A stretch of DNA of 64,000 nucleotides from assembly GCA_002379855.1 (NCBI GenBank), contig DFUX01000036.1, positions 4,327 through 68,326 on the forward strand. Reading direction: 5' to 3'. The first letter of the stretch is position 1; every line of letters begins with the position of its first letter. Origin of the DNA: Cloacimonetes bacterium UBA4175. Lineage in GTDB: Bacteria; Cloacimonadota; Cloacimonadia; Cloacimonadales; Cloacimonadaceae. Below the pieces are notes generated by a model. The model was given only the letters and a program-made list of their open reading frames with translations. It was not told where the DNA came from and made no database searches. The position numbers and the translations under genes are program-made. Below are positions 28,454 to 38,280 of this stretch, piece after piece.

Positions 28454-30295
28454 ATGAAGAGAACTGCCTTGTTATGCCTTGTCTGGCTTGCCATAGTCGC
28501 CGTACATGCAGGCATTGATAGCTACTATGATTTTTCCTGGAGCCTTGCCCCGTATGAATCTGTAAACGGCACCGTTATCCAGGCCCTCAGCGCTGACGAT
28601 GAGATATCGGCGCCCATCGACCTGGGTTTCGCTTTCCCCTATGGAGAATATGCCTACAACCACGTGAGGATCAGCACCAACGGCTGGATTGGCCTTGGCT
28701 CGAGCCATAACTCCAGCTATCATGGCAACGACCTTTCCCTCTTCACTCCCAATCCGATCATCGCGCCGCTTTGGGACGACCTGAGCATGGATTATGGTTT
28801 GGTTGAATATCTGCTTATGGGCAACGCTCCGGACAGGATTTTTACAGTGCAATATACAGCGGCGAAATGGAACTATGCCGCCAATAACCTCTATGATTTT
28901 CAAGTCCGCCTGCATGAAAATGGCAGCATCTACCTGATCTATGGCAGTTGTGTTGGTGAACCCCAAAGCGCCAGCGCGTCGGTTGGCATCAACATGCTGC
29001 CGGGAGGATCAGACTGGTTCTACAGCGTGACCCCCGGCACTCCACACACCGCCTCCACCACCGTTTCGTTCAACGGGGTTAATGACCCCATACCGGCTGG
29101 CACCCGCTTCCATTTTACTCCGGTGCAAACCTATGCGAACGACCTTGCCTGCCTGAGCCTCAGCGGCATGATCCATCCCACTGTTGGAACTGTAACCCCT
29201 TACACGGCCTTGGTTTCCAATCCCGGTTCCCTCAGCCAGGACGAGTTTGTGGTGAAACTCTATGACAGCCAGATGAACGAACTGGACTCCGTAACGCAGG
29301 GGCCTTTGCCCAGCGGTGGGGAAGTATCGGTGCAACTGATTTGGGCGCCGGAGCAAAGCGGACCTGAAACCCTCTACGCGAAGGTGGTTCTGGAGGGTGA
29401 CGAGCATCCTGCCAACGACCAGTGCCCGGGGTTGGCGGTTAACGCTCAAGTGGCTGGAATGCAATATGTAACCATCGGGAATGGCAATGAGCAGGAACGC
29501 TATCCTATGGACTTCTACTTCAAAAACTCCCTCTATGAGTGCATCTATACAGCCGCAGAACTGGGGGTCGATGACGCCTATATCTACTCCATCGGGTTTT
29601 TCAATAACTTTGTGGACACCATCAACGGCGCGACCCGGATCTGGTTGGGAAACACCGGACTTTCTTCCTTGAGTGCGGACTGGATCCCTTCCACAGAACT
29701 CACACCGGTCTTCGATGGAATTCTGGTCTATCCGGAAGGGCAAAACACCGTCACCATCGAGCTTTCCACACCTTTCCGTTATACAGGCGGAAACCTCGTG
29801 ATGCTGGTGCAGCGGCCCATGGATAGCACCTGTTATCATTCCGGAAACAGGTTTTACTGCCAGCAGGGAACCCTGCTTAGAGCCAGATACGCGCGCAGTG
29901 ACGTAACCAGCTATGATCCTGCCAATCCACCCGCGGGCTCCGCAATAGCTTTGTTTCCCAAAACCAGTTTTGCTTATGTGCCTTACACCTCTGCCGAAGA
30001 TCCTGCCGCGCCGGAGTTTATTGCCAGCTTGCAGGGCAACTCTCCCAACCCCTTCAAACTCAACACGGAAATCCGCTTCACCCTGGGCAAGGCTTCCCCG
30101 GTAAGGCTTTCTGTTTACAACCTGAAGGGGCAACTGGTGCGCAGCCTGCTCCAGGCAGAAAAAAACACTGGTCAACATCATACAGTTTGGGATGGACGGG
30201 ACGACCGGGGAAAACCGGTGGCCAGCGGCGTCTATCTCTATCGCCTGCAGGCAAATGGGTTTGACGGCAGCGGGAAGATGCTTCTGATAAGATAG
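28454..30295 (+). CDS. Secreted protein with CARDB-like and C-terminal FlgD/T9SS-type sorting domain
   Basis: Signal peptide; IDLGFAFPY...ISTNGWI, IAPLWDDL; C-terminal NSPNPF...VYNLKGQLVRSL...WDGRDDRGKPVASGVYLYRL. Confidence 0.85.
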   Translation: MKRTALLCLVWLAIVAVHAGIDSYYDFSWSLAPYESVNGTVIQALSADDEISAPIDLGFAFPYGEYAYNHVRISTNGWIGLGSSHNSSYHGNDLSLFTPNPIIAPLWDDLSMDYGLVEYLLMGNAPDRIFTVQYTAAKWNYAANNLYDFQVRLHENGSIYLIYGSCVGEPQSASASVGINMLPGGSDWFYSVTPGTPHTASTTVSFNGVNDPIPAGTRFHFTPVQTYANDLACLSLSGMIHPTVGTVTPYTALVSNPGSLSQDEFVVKLYDSQMNELDSVTQGPLPSGGEVSVQLIWAPEQSGPETLYAKVVLEGDEHPANDQCPGLAVNAQVAGMQYVTIGNGNEQERYPMDFYFKNSLYECIYTAAELGVDDAYIYSIGFFNNFVDTINGATRIWLGNTGLSSLSADWIPSTELTPVFDGILVYPEGQNTVTIELSTPFRYTGGNLVMLVQRPMDSTCYHSGNRFYCQQGTLLRARYARSDVTSYDPANPPAGSAIALFPKTSFAYVPYTSAEDPAAPEFIASLQGNSPNPFKLNTEIRFTLGKASPVRLSVYNLKGQLVRSLLQAEKNTGQHHTVWDGRDDRGKPVASGVYLYRLQANGFDGSGKMLLIR

Positions 30296-30331
30296 CGGTC
30301 TATGCCCTTGCGGCCGTGAGGCAGCCACTTG

Positions 30332-30453
30332 GCCCTCATTTGAAACCTGGGGTTTTGCAGGGGTCATCCTTAGGTCTTCCGTATAATTTATAAGGTTGAC
30401 CTAAGGATGATAGGTCAACCGCCAGCGGGACAAGGAGATATGCAAATGGGGGC
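30332..30453. repeat. Palindromic intergenic element, copy 3 (core inverted relative to copies 2 and 5)
   Basis: Outer IR GCCCTCATTTG/CAAATGGGGGC; core at 30364-30410 with centre TATAATTTATA. Confidence 0.85.
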
Positions 30454-30707
30454 GACAGCTTCATCGACAAAAACATCGATTCGTTTTTTTATCCGGGTAA
30501 TACTTGTTTTTACCCCCCTTCTGAGGCGACCCCAGACGACAATGCGTTCGCGATCGACTTTTTTGACGGCATAGTTTTCAATGCGATTAGCGAGGGAAGA
30601 AAAGGCGAATCTACGATCTGATGCGCGAGCGCATAGACAAATTGAGAGTTATTAGATACGAGTTGAACACGTGGCAGTGTGTTGGCGTGGTGACGTGGTG
30701 GAGGGGA

Positions 30708-30986
30708 TTATGACCGGGCCCACTGGGCAGCTCCTTCTTCCAGCTCAAGGCGGCGTTTTATGCACTTGACGTAGCGTTTGAAGAGATAATCGTCATACCA
30801 GTCAGCATAGTGTTCCAGGACGATCTTATCCACCTTTATGATACGCTTTTTAAGTTCGGGGGGAATAGACTCCCATTCTTTTTCGAAGGCCAAGCGGGAC
30901 ACTATTTCCAATTCATCAGTGCCATCCTGCCATTCAAGGTAGTCTATTATGTCCTCGTAGCACTTAACATCGTATTCCGTGACCAT
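30708..30986 (-). CDS. Hypothetical 92-aa helical protein
   Basis: MVTEYDVKCYEDII...; AAGGA RBS; TTGACA upstream at 31111-31106. Confidence 0.6.
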   Translation of the reverse strand: MVTEYDVKCYEDIIDYLEWQDGTDELEIVSRLAFEKEWESIPPELKKRIIKVDKIVLEHYADWYDDYLFKRYVKCIKRRLELEEGAAQWARS

Positions 30987-31251
30987 TTTTATTCCTTTTC
31001 TTATGTGATTGTTGGTGAGCGAGACCACTTTGAAGTGAACTTCATGGTCAAGGTTAGCCAATATTTTTTCAAGACTTTTGGGATGAAAAGTTTTAAGGGT
31101 GTTTTTGTCAAGGCTGAAGACGGTGAAGTTGAGTTTCTGTCCTCCTTCTATACCTATATCCAAATTTAAATCTGCAACACCAAAACTATTCACTTGACGA
31201 AATATAACAATCTCCTGAACTGACATCACTTTATATAGCAGGTGAAATTCG

Positions 31252-31599
31252 ATGAAATTGAAAGAAATTGTGGCCATTCTGGATGGGGAGGTACTGCTCC
31301 CTGAGGTTGATTTGGAAATGGAGGTGCCCTGCGCCTTCTCGTCCGACCTGATCAGCGACATCCTGATGTGCACCAAGGAGCCTACCTTGTTGCTTACCGG
31401 GCTTACCAACAATCAGGTTATCCGCCTGTGTGACATGATCGACATCGTGGGCATTGTTTTTGTGCGGGGAAAACGGCCTTTGCAAGAGATCATCGATATG
31501 GCGAGAGAGCGCAATATCCCTCTGATCTGCACTAATTATACCATGTACCGTTCCAGCGGTTTGCTTTTCAATGCGGGACTTCGCAGCTGCAAAATCTGA
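31252..31599 (+). CDS. DRTGG domain protein
   Basis: SDLISDIL, LLLTGLTN, IVFVRGK. Confidence 0.9.
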   Translation: MKLKEIVAILDGEVLLPEVDLEMEVPCAFSSDLISDILMCTKEPTLLLTGLTNNQVIRLCDMIDIVGIVFVRGKRPLQEIIDMARERNIPLICTNYTMYRSSGLLFNAGLRSCKI

Positions 31600-31600
31600 A

Positions 31601-32101
31601 ATGGGCGAATACTGGTATATCCGGCCTGGCCTTGAGGAAAGCGTAAATGGCTTTTTCTCGGCTCAGCCCGAAGCAGACATGGCCTTGGAATCGCAGATAC
31701 CGGAAAAGGATTTCAACCAGGCAGGCAAAGGCTCCGCTGAGGTGAAAAACTTGTTGAAACGCTTGGGCGTGAATCCCGGGATACTCAGAAGGGTGGCAGT
31801 TGCCGCCTATGAAGCGGAAATCAATGTGGCGGCGCATTCCCTGGGCGGAACGATGATGTGCCGAATCTATGATGAGTTTATACACATAATTTTCAAGGAT
31901 ATGGGTCCGGGTATTGCAGATATTGAACAAGCCATGACTCCGGGCTATTCCACAGCAGATGAGATGGTGCGCGAGCTTGGTTTTGGCGCGGGACTGGGGC
32001 TGCCGAATATCAAGAAAAACTCAGATGCTTTACATATCCACTCCGAGCGTGGGAATCCGACCCTACTGGAGTTTTTAATCTATTTCATGAGCGATGAGTA
32101 A
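31601..32101 (+). CDS. Anti-sigma regulatory factor / RsbT-like Ser/Thr kinase (HATPase)
   Basis: YEAEIN, DMGPGI, GYST, GFGAGLGLPN; start uncertain (31601 or 31679). Confidence 0.88.
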   Translation: MGEYWYIRPGLEESVNGFFSAQPEADMALESQIPEKDFNQAGKGSAEVKNLLKRLGVNPGILRRVAVAAYEAEINVAAHSLGGTMMCRIYDEFIHIIFKDMGPGIADIEQAMTPGYSTADEMVRELGFGAGLGLPNIKKNSDALHIHSERGNPTLLEFLIYFMSDE

Positions 32102-33413
32102 ACAGGAAAAAGAATACTTTCACGCCCTGCATATCCTGGAAGATAACTGCACGGGCTGCACATCCTGCGTGAGGGTTTGCCCCACGGAGGCCATCCGGGT
32201 GCGCGACCGCAAGGCGAAGATCGATTCCCTGCGCTGCGTGGATTGCGGTAACTGCATCGAGGCCTGCGCCTTCCATGCCATCATACCCCGCAGTGATACT
32301 CTGGATGTGATTCACAACTTCAAATACAAGGTGGCTATTATTTCCACCTCATATTTTGGCCAGTTCACCGAGGATGTGTCCTATGAAGTGGCCAAACAGG
32401 CGCTTTATGAGCTGGGTTTTGACGATGTGCAGGAAGAGGCGATGGTGACCCAGTTTCAGGTGGAGATGATCCGCGATTATATCCGTGCCAATCGGGACAA
32501 AAGACCGATCCTGTCCAGCAACTGCCCCACTGTCGTGCGTCTGATCCAGCTCAAGTATCCGTCTCTGCTTTCCAATCTTTTCCAACTGGAAGCTCCGATG
32601 AGCATCCTCACCCGCTATCTGCGCGAAAGCATCAAGCAGGAAAAAGGGTTGGAGGAGAATGAGATCGGGATCTTTCTGATCGTGCCCTGCGTGGCGCATG
32701 TTACCGCCGTGCACCAGCCGGAAGGAGCTTACAAGCATCTGCAGGACGGTGCTTTCTCGATCGGAATGATCTATGGCAAGGTGCGCGAATATATCAAACA
32801 TCTGAAAAACAATCCGCCCAAGATAGAAACCTTTCCCAAGGGGCTGATGTGGGCGCTGTCCGGCGTTCAGGCCGATTTGGTTGATTGCGAAGACATCCGG
32901 GCGCTGTCGGTGAACGGCGTGGACAACGTTATGGAAATACTTTCCCGGGTGGAAGACCACTATCTGGACCAATACGACTTCATAGTCCTGCGCAGTTGCA
33001 CCAATGGATGCGTGGGTGGCTGTCTGAATGTGGAAAATCCTTTCGTGGCTATGAGCCGCATCAAGAAGATGATCAAGGAAGGCAAGGACAAGAAGATAGA
33101 CGTCCACGATCTGATCGAGCTATATCACGCAGGTGAATTCGATGTGGCACCCCTTTCTTCGCGTCCCGTATTGGAACTGGACAAGGACATCAAGAAAGCC
33201 ATAGTCAAGATGAAGAAGCTCAATGAGATCCTCACCAATCTGCCGGGCCTCAATTGTTGCGCCTGCGGGTCTCCCTCCTGCTATGCCCTGGCGGAGGATA
33301 TCGTGCAGGGTAAAGCGACAATCGAGGATTGCATTGTGTTGCTGCGCAGACACAGTCGGGAAGAAGAAGAGAGCAAACAAGAAGAAATCAAATCAGCACA
33401 GGATAAAGTATGA
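32094..33413 (+). CDS. Divergent, putatively sensory group D-like [FeFe]-hydrogenase
   Basis: Two N-terminal 4Fe-4S motifs; H-cluster-like SSNCPT, VPCVAH, SCTNGCVGG; C-terminal LPGLNCCACGSPSC FeS domain. Confidence 0.85.
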   Translation: MSKQEKEYFHALHILEDNCTGCTSCVRVCPTEAIRVRDRKAKIDSLRCVDCGNCIEACAFHAIIPRSDTLDVIHNFKYKVAIISTSYFGQFTEDVSYEVAKQALYELGFDDVQEEAMVTQFQVEMIRDYIRANRDKRPILSSNCPTVVRLIQLKYPSLLSNLFQLEAPMSILTRYLRESIKQEKGLEENEIGIFLIVPCVAHVTAVHQPEGAYKHLQDGAFSIGMIYGKVREYIKHLKNNPPKIETFPKGLMWALSGVQADLVDCEDIRALSVNGVDNVMEILSRVEDHYLDQYDFIVLRSCTNGCVGGCLNVENPFVAMSRIKKMIKEGKDKKIDVHDLIELYHAGEFDVAPLSSRPVLELDKDIKKAIVKMKKLNEILTNLPGLNCCACGSPSCYALAEDIVQGKATIEDCIVLLRRHSREEEESKQEEIKSAQDKV

Positions 33414-33751
33414 TAACTTTGCATGAGTATCTGATGGAGATCGAGGGGACTAATCACACTCCCGGCCTCGATCCGCGCGGGATCATTTTAAAGGGCGGCT
33501 ACGTTTGCGATATGCTCAGCGACGTGATGGGTTCTGCCAGGGAAGGTCTGGCCTGGATCACGATCATGAAGCACCTGAACACCATTGCGGTTGCCAGTAT
33601 GACCGGTGTTCCGGCGATCATCCTGGCCAAGGGCAACGTTCCCGAGCAAGCGGTGATCGACAAAGCCAGTGAAGAGGGCGTCTGCATCTGTTCAAGTGAT
33701 TTGGACACCTTTTCTCTGGCGGGAATTCTTTACACGCTGCTCCAAAAATAG
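33410..33751 (+). CDS. DRTGG domain protein
   Basis: GGYVCDMLSDVM, AWITIMKHLNTIAVA. Confidence 0.88.
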   Translation: MITLHEYLMEIEGTNHTPGLDPRGIILKGGYVCDMLSDVMGSAREGLAWITIMKHLNTIAVASMTGVPAIILAKGNVPEQAVIDKASEEGVCICSSDLDTFSLAGILYTLLQK

Positions 33752-33757
33752 GATGCG

Positions 33758-34495
33758 ATGCGCTGGTTTACCGCAGATCTGCACATCCACTCGGTCCTCT
33801 CACCCTGTGGAGGCTTGGAAATGGCCCCCAAAGCGCTGATAGGATGCCTGAAAAGCCTGGGGATAGATTGGATGGCGATCACGGACCACAACACTCTGGC
33901 AAACTGTCCGGCTTACGCTGCCGTTGCGGAGCGGGAAGGGGTCAGTTTTACCTGGGGTGTGGAAGTACAGACCGCTGAAGAAATACATCTGCTGGTGTAT
34001 TTTGACCAGCCAGACAAGGCGCAGGCATTTGGGGACGAGCTATACGAGTCGCTGCTGCCGCTGCCCAACGACCCTGATTTTTTTGGGGATCAAGTAATCA
34101 TTGACGAAAATGAGAACATTTTAGGAATGGAACAAAGAGCCTTGCTCAATTCATCCATCTGGGATTTGAACACGTCCGTGGCAAAGGCAATGGAGTTTGG
34201 CGGATACTGCGTTCCGGCGCATATCGATGCTGAAGTAAACAGCATAATCGGTCAACTTGGCTTTCTGCCTGCGGAACCGGTCTTTCCCTTGTTGGGTATT
34301 AGTGCCGGGCTCAATTTGGAGCAGTATCTGTCCAAACATCCTGAACTGCGGGGGAAAGCCTTTCTGCGCTGTTCCGATGCCCACTATCTGAACGATCTGG
34401 GCAGCGGCAGCAGCAAGGTGTTCGCGCACGATGCCAGAGTATCCGAACTGGCCAAGGCAGCCCTCAACTTGGAAGAAAGAAGATTGTTAGTATAA
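33758..34495 (+). CDS. PHP-domain phosphoesterase
   Basis: DLHIHSVLSPC, AITDHN, EEIH, PAHID, SDAH. Confidence 0.92.
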   Translation: MRWFTADLHIHSVLSPCGGLEMAPKALIGCLKSLGIDWMAITDHNTLANCPAYAAVAEREGVSFTWGVEVQTAEEIHLLVYFDQPDKAQAFGDELYESLLPLPNDPDFFGDQVIIDENENILGMEQRALLNSSIWDLNTSVAKAMEFGGYCVPAHIDAEVNSIIGQLGFLPAEPVFPLLGISAGLNLEQYLSKHPELRGKAFLRCSDAHYLNDLGSGSSKVFAHDARVSELAKAALNLEERRLLV

Positions 34496-34517
34496 AAAAT
34501 ATAGAACAGGAGGAGAA

Positions 34518-35000
34518 ATGAATCCCATTTCTCAACAAGACAACCTGCTATATGACAAACTGCGCGCTGTCATTGCAGAAAGAAAGAATCTGCGCAATCC
34601 GCTCATTGAGATCCTGCGCAATGCCCAGGAAATCTTTGGTTATCTGCCCATCGAGGTTCAGGAGTTCATTGCACAGGAAATGAACATTCCCGCCAGTAAA
34701 ATTTACGGTGTGGTGACTTTTTACAATTTCTTTTCCATGAAACCCCGCGGAAAATATACCCTCAACATCTGCATGGGAACCGCCTGCTTCGTGAAAGGCG
34801 CGCCCCGCCTATTGCAGATGATCAGCGACGAGCTGGGGGTGGAAGTTGGCGAAACCACTTCCGACGGCCGCTTTACGGTTAGCGCGGTGCGTTGTGTGGG
34901 GGCTTGCTCTTTGGCTCCGGTCTTTGTGATCGGGGAAGACACCTTTGGCAGAATCGAAACCCGGGATAAGATCAACGAAATTCTGAAGAAATACGACTGA
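34518..35000 (+). CDS. hydC: NuoE-like [2Fe-2S] hydrogenase gamma subunit, copy 1
   Basis: GVVTFY, CMGTACFVKG, CVGACSLAP. Confidence 0.93.
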   Translation: MNPISQQDNLLYDKLRAVIAERKNLRNPLIEILRNAQEIFGYLPIEVQEFIAQEMNIPASKIYGVVTFYNFFSMKPRGKYTLNICMGTACFVKGAPRLLQMISDELGVEVGETTSDGRFTVSAVRCVGACSLAPVFVIGEDTFGRIETRDKINEILKKYD

Positions 35001-35013
35001 TGCGGATATTGTA

Positions 35014-35583
35014 ATGCAAGACATTTCACTGCATCTGCTGGACATCATTGAAAACTCTGTCCGGGCTGCCGCGAAAAACATCAAGGTCCGTGTGATTAAA
35101 GACCACAAACAGAACCTATTGCGCGTCATTGTGGAAGATGATGGAGTTGGCATGGACACCGGAACCCTGGAGATGGCTCAGAATCCTTTCTATTCAAGCA
35201 AGGAAAAGCGGGCCAAAAAAGTGGGCTTGGGCATTCCACTGTTCAAGCAAAACGCGGAACTTGCCAACGGCTGTTTCAACATGACCAGCGAACCAGGCTT
35301 CGGGACCGTTCTGACAGCGGACTTTGAGCTTGATCACATCGACAGGATGCCTTTGGGTAATCTCAAAGACACTCTGCTGGGCGTCATTATCGGGCATCCG
35401 GATGTGGATTATCAGATTACTTTGCTGTCCCGCGAAAAGGGGAGGGAGCAATCCTTTCACTTCAGCACGGCAGCAATAAAAGAAGAGCTGGGAGATATCC
35501 CGCTCACCTACCCGGATGTGATCGAATACATCGATCAAAGTTTACAAGAAGGAATACAAAATACAAACATGGAGGTGGTCTGA
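35014..35583 (+). CDS. Histidine-kinase-like ATPase of hydrogenase clusters
   Basis: DIIENS, DDGVGM, GLGIP, HIDRMPLG. Confidence 0.9.
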   Translation: MQDISLHLLDIIENSVRAAAKNIKVRVIKDHKQNLLRVIVEDDGVGMDTGTLEMAQNPFYSSKEKRAKKVGLGIPLFKQNAELANGCFNMTSEPGFGTVLTADFELDHIDRMPLGNLKDTLLGVIIGHPDVDYQITLLSREKGREQSFHFSTAAIKEELGDIPLTYPDVIEYIDQSLQEGIQNTNMEVV

Positions 35584-35948
35584 TGAAGACACTCGCAGAC
35601 CTTAAAAAAATCCGTGAGAAAGCCCAGGAAGAAATGAAGCTTCGTGGCTCAAGCGTGCGCATCAAGATCGTTGTTGGGATGGGAACATCCGGCATCGCCA
35701 TGGGCGCTCGTGAAGTCATGAAAACCTTCCTGGAAGAGATTTCGAACCGCAATCTGACTGATGTCATCGTGACTCAGACAGGGGAAAAAGGACTATCCTC
35801 ACTGGAGCCGGTAGTGGATTTGATCGAAGAAGATAAACCCAAGGTCACCTATGGCAATATGACCCCCGACAAAGTAAAAAAAGTGGTCGTGGAGCACATT
35901 GTTAACGGCAGGATAGTTTCCGATTACGTGGTTGCCACGGGTAACTGA
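35583..35948 (+). CDS. Thioredoxin-like ferredoxin-fold subunit (HydD/HndB-like), cysteine-free
   Basis: IVVGMGTSGIAMGA...TQTGEKGLSSLEPVV...VTYG...EHIVNG; no Cys in the protein. Confidence 0.85.
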   Translation: MKTLADLKKIREKAQEEMKLRGSSVRIKIVVGMGTSGIAMGAREVMKTFLEEISNRNLTDVIVTQTGEKGLSSLEPVVDLIEEDKPKVTYGNMTPDKVKKVVVEHIVNGRIVSDYVVATGN

Positions 35949-35961
35949 CGGAGGGATGGAA

Positions 35962-37815
35962 ATGTCTTTGAAAAGAATTGACCTGCTGATCTGCTGTGGC
36001 TCAGGCTGTATATCGGCGGGCGCGCTGAAAATCAAGGAAAGGTTTCACGCTGTTCTCAGCGAGAAAGGCCTGACCAACGAAATCAATATTATCGAAACCG
36101 GCTGTATGGGTCCCTGTGACTACGGTCCGGTGATGGTTATCTATCCTGAAGGCATCTTCTACAAAAAAGTTACCCCGGAAGATGTAGATGAGATAGTAGC
36201 CGAGCACTTTGTGAAGGGACGCCCGGTCCAGCGGCTGATGCTGCAGGACGAAGATAAGACCATTGCCGCCCACAAGGAAGTACCGTTCTATCAGAAACAG
36301 GTTAAAGTGGCACTGGCCAACTGCGGCTTCATCGATCCGGAAAGCCTGGAAGAGTATATCGCCACCGGCGGATACGAAGCTTTGGGCACCGTTCTCACCC
36401 AGATGACGCCTCAACAGGCCATAGACGTGGTGAAAGAATCCGGTCTGCGCGGCCGCGGTGGTGCTGGTTTCCCCACCCACATGAAATGGAAGATGGTGCA
36501 TGATCGCAAGGAAGACCAGAAGTATGTGATCTGCAACGGCGATGAGGGCGACCCCGGAGCCTTTATGGATCGCTCGCTTTTGGAAGGCGATCCCCACAGA
36601 ATCCTCGAAGGTATGATGCTTTGCGCCTATTCGATCGGTGCATCCCAAGGATTCTTCTACATCCGCGCCGAGTATCCCCTTGCTATCAAGAGGATCAAAC
36701 AAGCCATCGAGCAGGCCCGTGAAGTTGGCCTGATGGGCAAGAACATCTTCGGAACGGATTTCTGTTTCGAAGCTGAAGTCCGCACCGGAGCAGGCGCATT
36801 CGTCTGCGGTGAGGAAATGGCCCTGATCCATTCCATCGAAGGCGAACGCGGCAATCCCACACCCAAACCACCTTATCCCGCTGTGAGCGGCTTGTGGGGC
36901 AAACCCACTGTGGTGAATAACGTGGAGACCCTGGCCAACCTGCCCACGATCTTTGTAAAAGGTGCCAAATGGTTTTCCACTATGGGCACCGAAACCAGCA
37001 AAGGCACCAAGGTCTTTGCCCTCACAGGTGACATCAGAAACACCGGTCTGGTGGAAGTTCCGATGGGTACCACCCTGCGCGAGATGATCTTTGATGTGGG
37101 TGGCGGTATGATCGGCGGAAACGAATTCAAAGCGGTTCAATTGGGAGGACCTTCCGGCGGCTGCCTTACGGCAGAGCATCTGGATGTTCCCGTTGATTAT
37201 GAAACCCTGAAGGCGCGCGGCGCCATGATGGGCTCCGGCGGCGTGATCGTGATGGATGACCAGAAGTGCATGGTCAACGTAGCCAAGTTCTTTATGGACT
37301 TCTGCGTGGATGAATCCTGCGGCAAATGCTCCCCCTGCCGGATCGGACTCAAGCAGATGTACAACATCCTGGACCGCATCACCAAAGGCGAAGGCCAGGA
37401 AGGGGATATCGAGGAACTGCAACGCTTGGGTGAGACTGTCGCCAAGATTTCGCTGTGCGGACTTGGTCAAACAGCACCCAATCCTGTCCTCTCCACCATC
37501 CGTTATTTCCGTAATGAGTATGAGGCCCATATAAAAGACAAAGCTTGCCACACCAAGGTTTGTCGGGATCTCTTCCATTTCAAAATCGACAAATCACGCT
37601 GCATCGGTTGTTCCCTTTGCTCGCGCAAGTGCCCAGCGAACTGCATATCCGGTTCGCGTGAAGATAAATACACCATCGGTCAAGTGGATTGCGTCAAATG
37701 TGGAAACTGCCAGGATGTCTGTCCCGTGAAGGCGATCGATCGTATCCCTGGAATACACAGCGACGTAACCGCCCACAAGGAAGCTCTGCTAAAACGAAAG
37801 GCGCGTGAAGATTAA
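35962..37815 (+). CDS. hydB: NuoF-like flavin beta subunit, bifurcating-type
   Basis: CCGSGC/GCMGPC N-terminal cluster, GRGGAGFP, DEGDPGAFMDR, GGPSGG, ESCGKCSPCR, two C-terminal 4Fe-4S motifs; start after GGAGG. Confidence 0.95.
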   Translation: MSLKRIDLLICCGSGCISAGALKIKERFHAVLSEKGLTNEINIIETGCMGPCDYGPVMVIYPEGIFYKKVTPEDVDEIVAEHFVKGRPVQRLMLQDEDKTIAAHKEVPFYQKQVKVALANCGFIDPESLEEYIATGGYEALGTVLTQMTPQQAIDVVKESGLRGRGGAGFPTHMKWKMVHDRKEDQKYVICNGDEGDPGAFMDRSLLEGDPHRILEGMMLCAYSIGASQGFFYIRAEYPLAIKRIKQAIEQAREVGLMGKNIFGTDFCFEAEVRTGAGAFVCGEEMALIHSIEGERGNPTPKPPYPAVSGLWGKPTVVNNVETLANLPTIFVKGAKWFSTMGTETSKGTKVFALTGDIRNTGLVEVPMGTTLREMIFDVGGGMIGGNEFKAVQLGGPSGGCLTAEHLDVPVDYETLKARGAMMGSGGVIVMDDQKCMVNVAKFFMDFCVDESCGKCSPCRIGLKQMYNILDRITKGEGQEGDIEELQRLGETVAKISLCGLGQTAPNPVLSTIRYFRNEYEAHIKDKACHTKVCRDLFHFKIDKSRCIGCSLCSRKCPANCISGSREDKYTIGQVDCVKCGNCQDVCPVKAIDRIPGIHSDVTAHKEALLKRKARED

Positions 37816-37824
37816 GGAGTACTT

Positions 37825-38277
37825 ATGTACCGAGAAATCTGTAGCAAATACGCTCCCGACAAAGACAACCTGATCTGCATCCTGCACGAGATCCAGAACA
37901 GCCATCCTCAGCATTACATCTCTGAGGAGGCTGTCCAGACCGTGGCAGAGTATCTGGGAGTGCCGGCCAACCATATCTATGGCGTGCTTACATTCTACAC
38001 CATGTACAGCACAAAACCGCGGGGCCAGAACATCATCCGCCTGTGCGAATCTCCGCCCTGCTACATCAAGGGCTCAGAAAACATCCTGCATAAGCTGATG
38101 ACTCTGCTGGATATCGAGGTGGGCGAGACCACCAAAGATGGCTGCTTCACCCTGGAGCTTTGCGCTTGCCTTGGTGTATGCGGAAACGCGCCAGTCATGA
38201 TGATCAACAACGATGTCTACGGCGATCTCACCGAAGAAAAAGTGGAAGAGATCATCGAAAAAGTGAGAAGGGGGTAG
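37825..38277 (+). CDS. hydC: NuoE-like [2Fe-2S] gamma subunit, copy 2
   Basis: GVLTFY, CESPPCYIKG, CLGVCGNAP. Confidence 0.92.
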   Translation: MYREICSKYAPDKDNLICILHEIQNSHPQHYISEEAVQTVAEYLGVPANHIYGVLTFYTMYSTKPRGQNIIRLCESPPCYIKGSENILHKLMTLLDIEVGETTKDGCFTLELCACLGVCGNAPVMMINNDVYGDLTEEKVEEIIEKVRRG

Positions 38278-38280
38278 AAG

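Noticed and set aside
30987..31412. N-terminal extension making a 234-aa minus-strand ORF
   Set aside because: It overlaps the DRTGG gene antisense and spans the divergent promoters; a good RBS supports the 30986 start
36001..37578. Long antisense ORFs (also 27-902, 24525-25706, 29009-30367, 42015-43361, 53099-54184, 55718-57250, 59009-60160, 63081-63998)
   Set aside because: Shadow frames of well-supported genes caused by codon bias; no recognisable motifs
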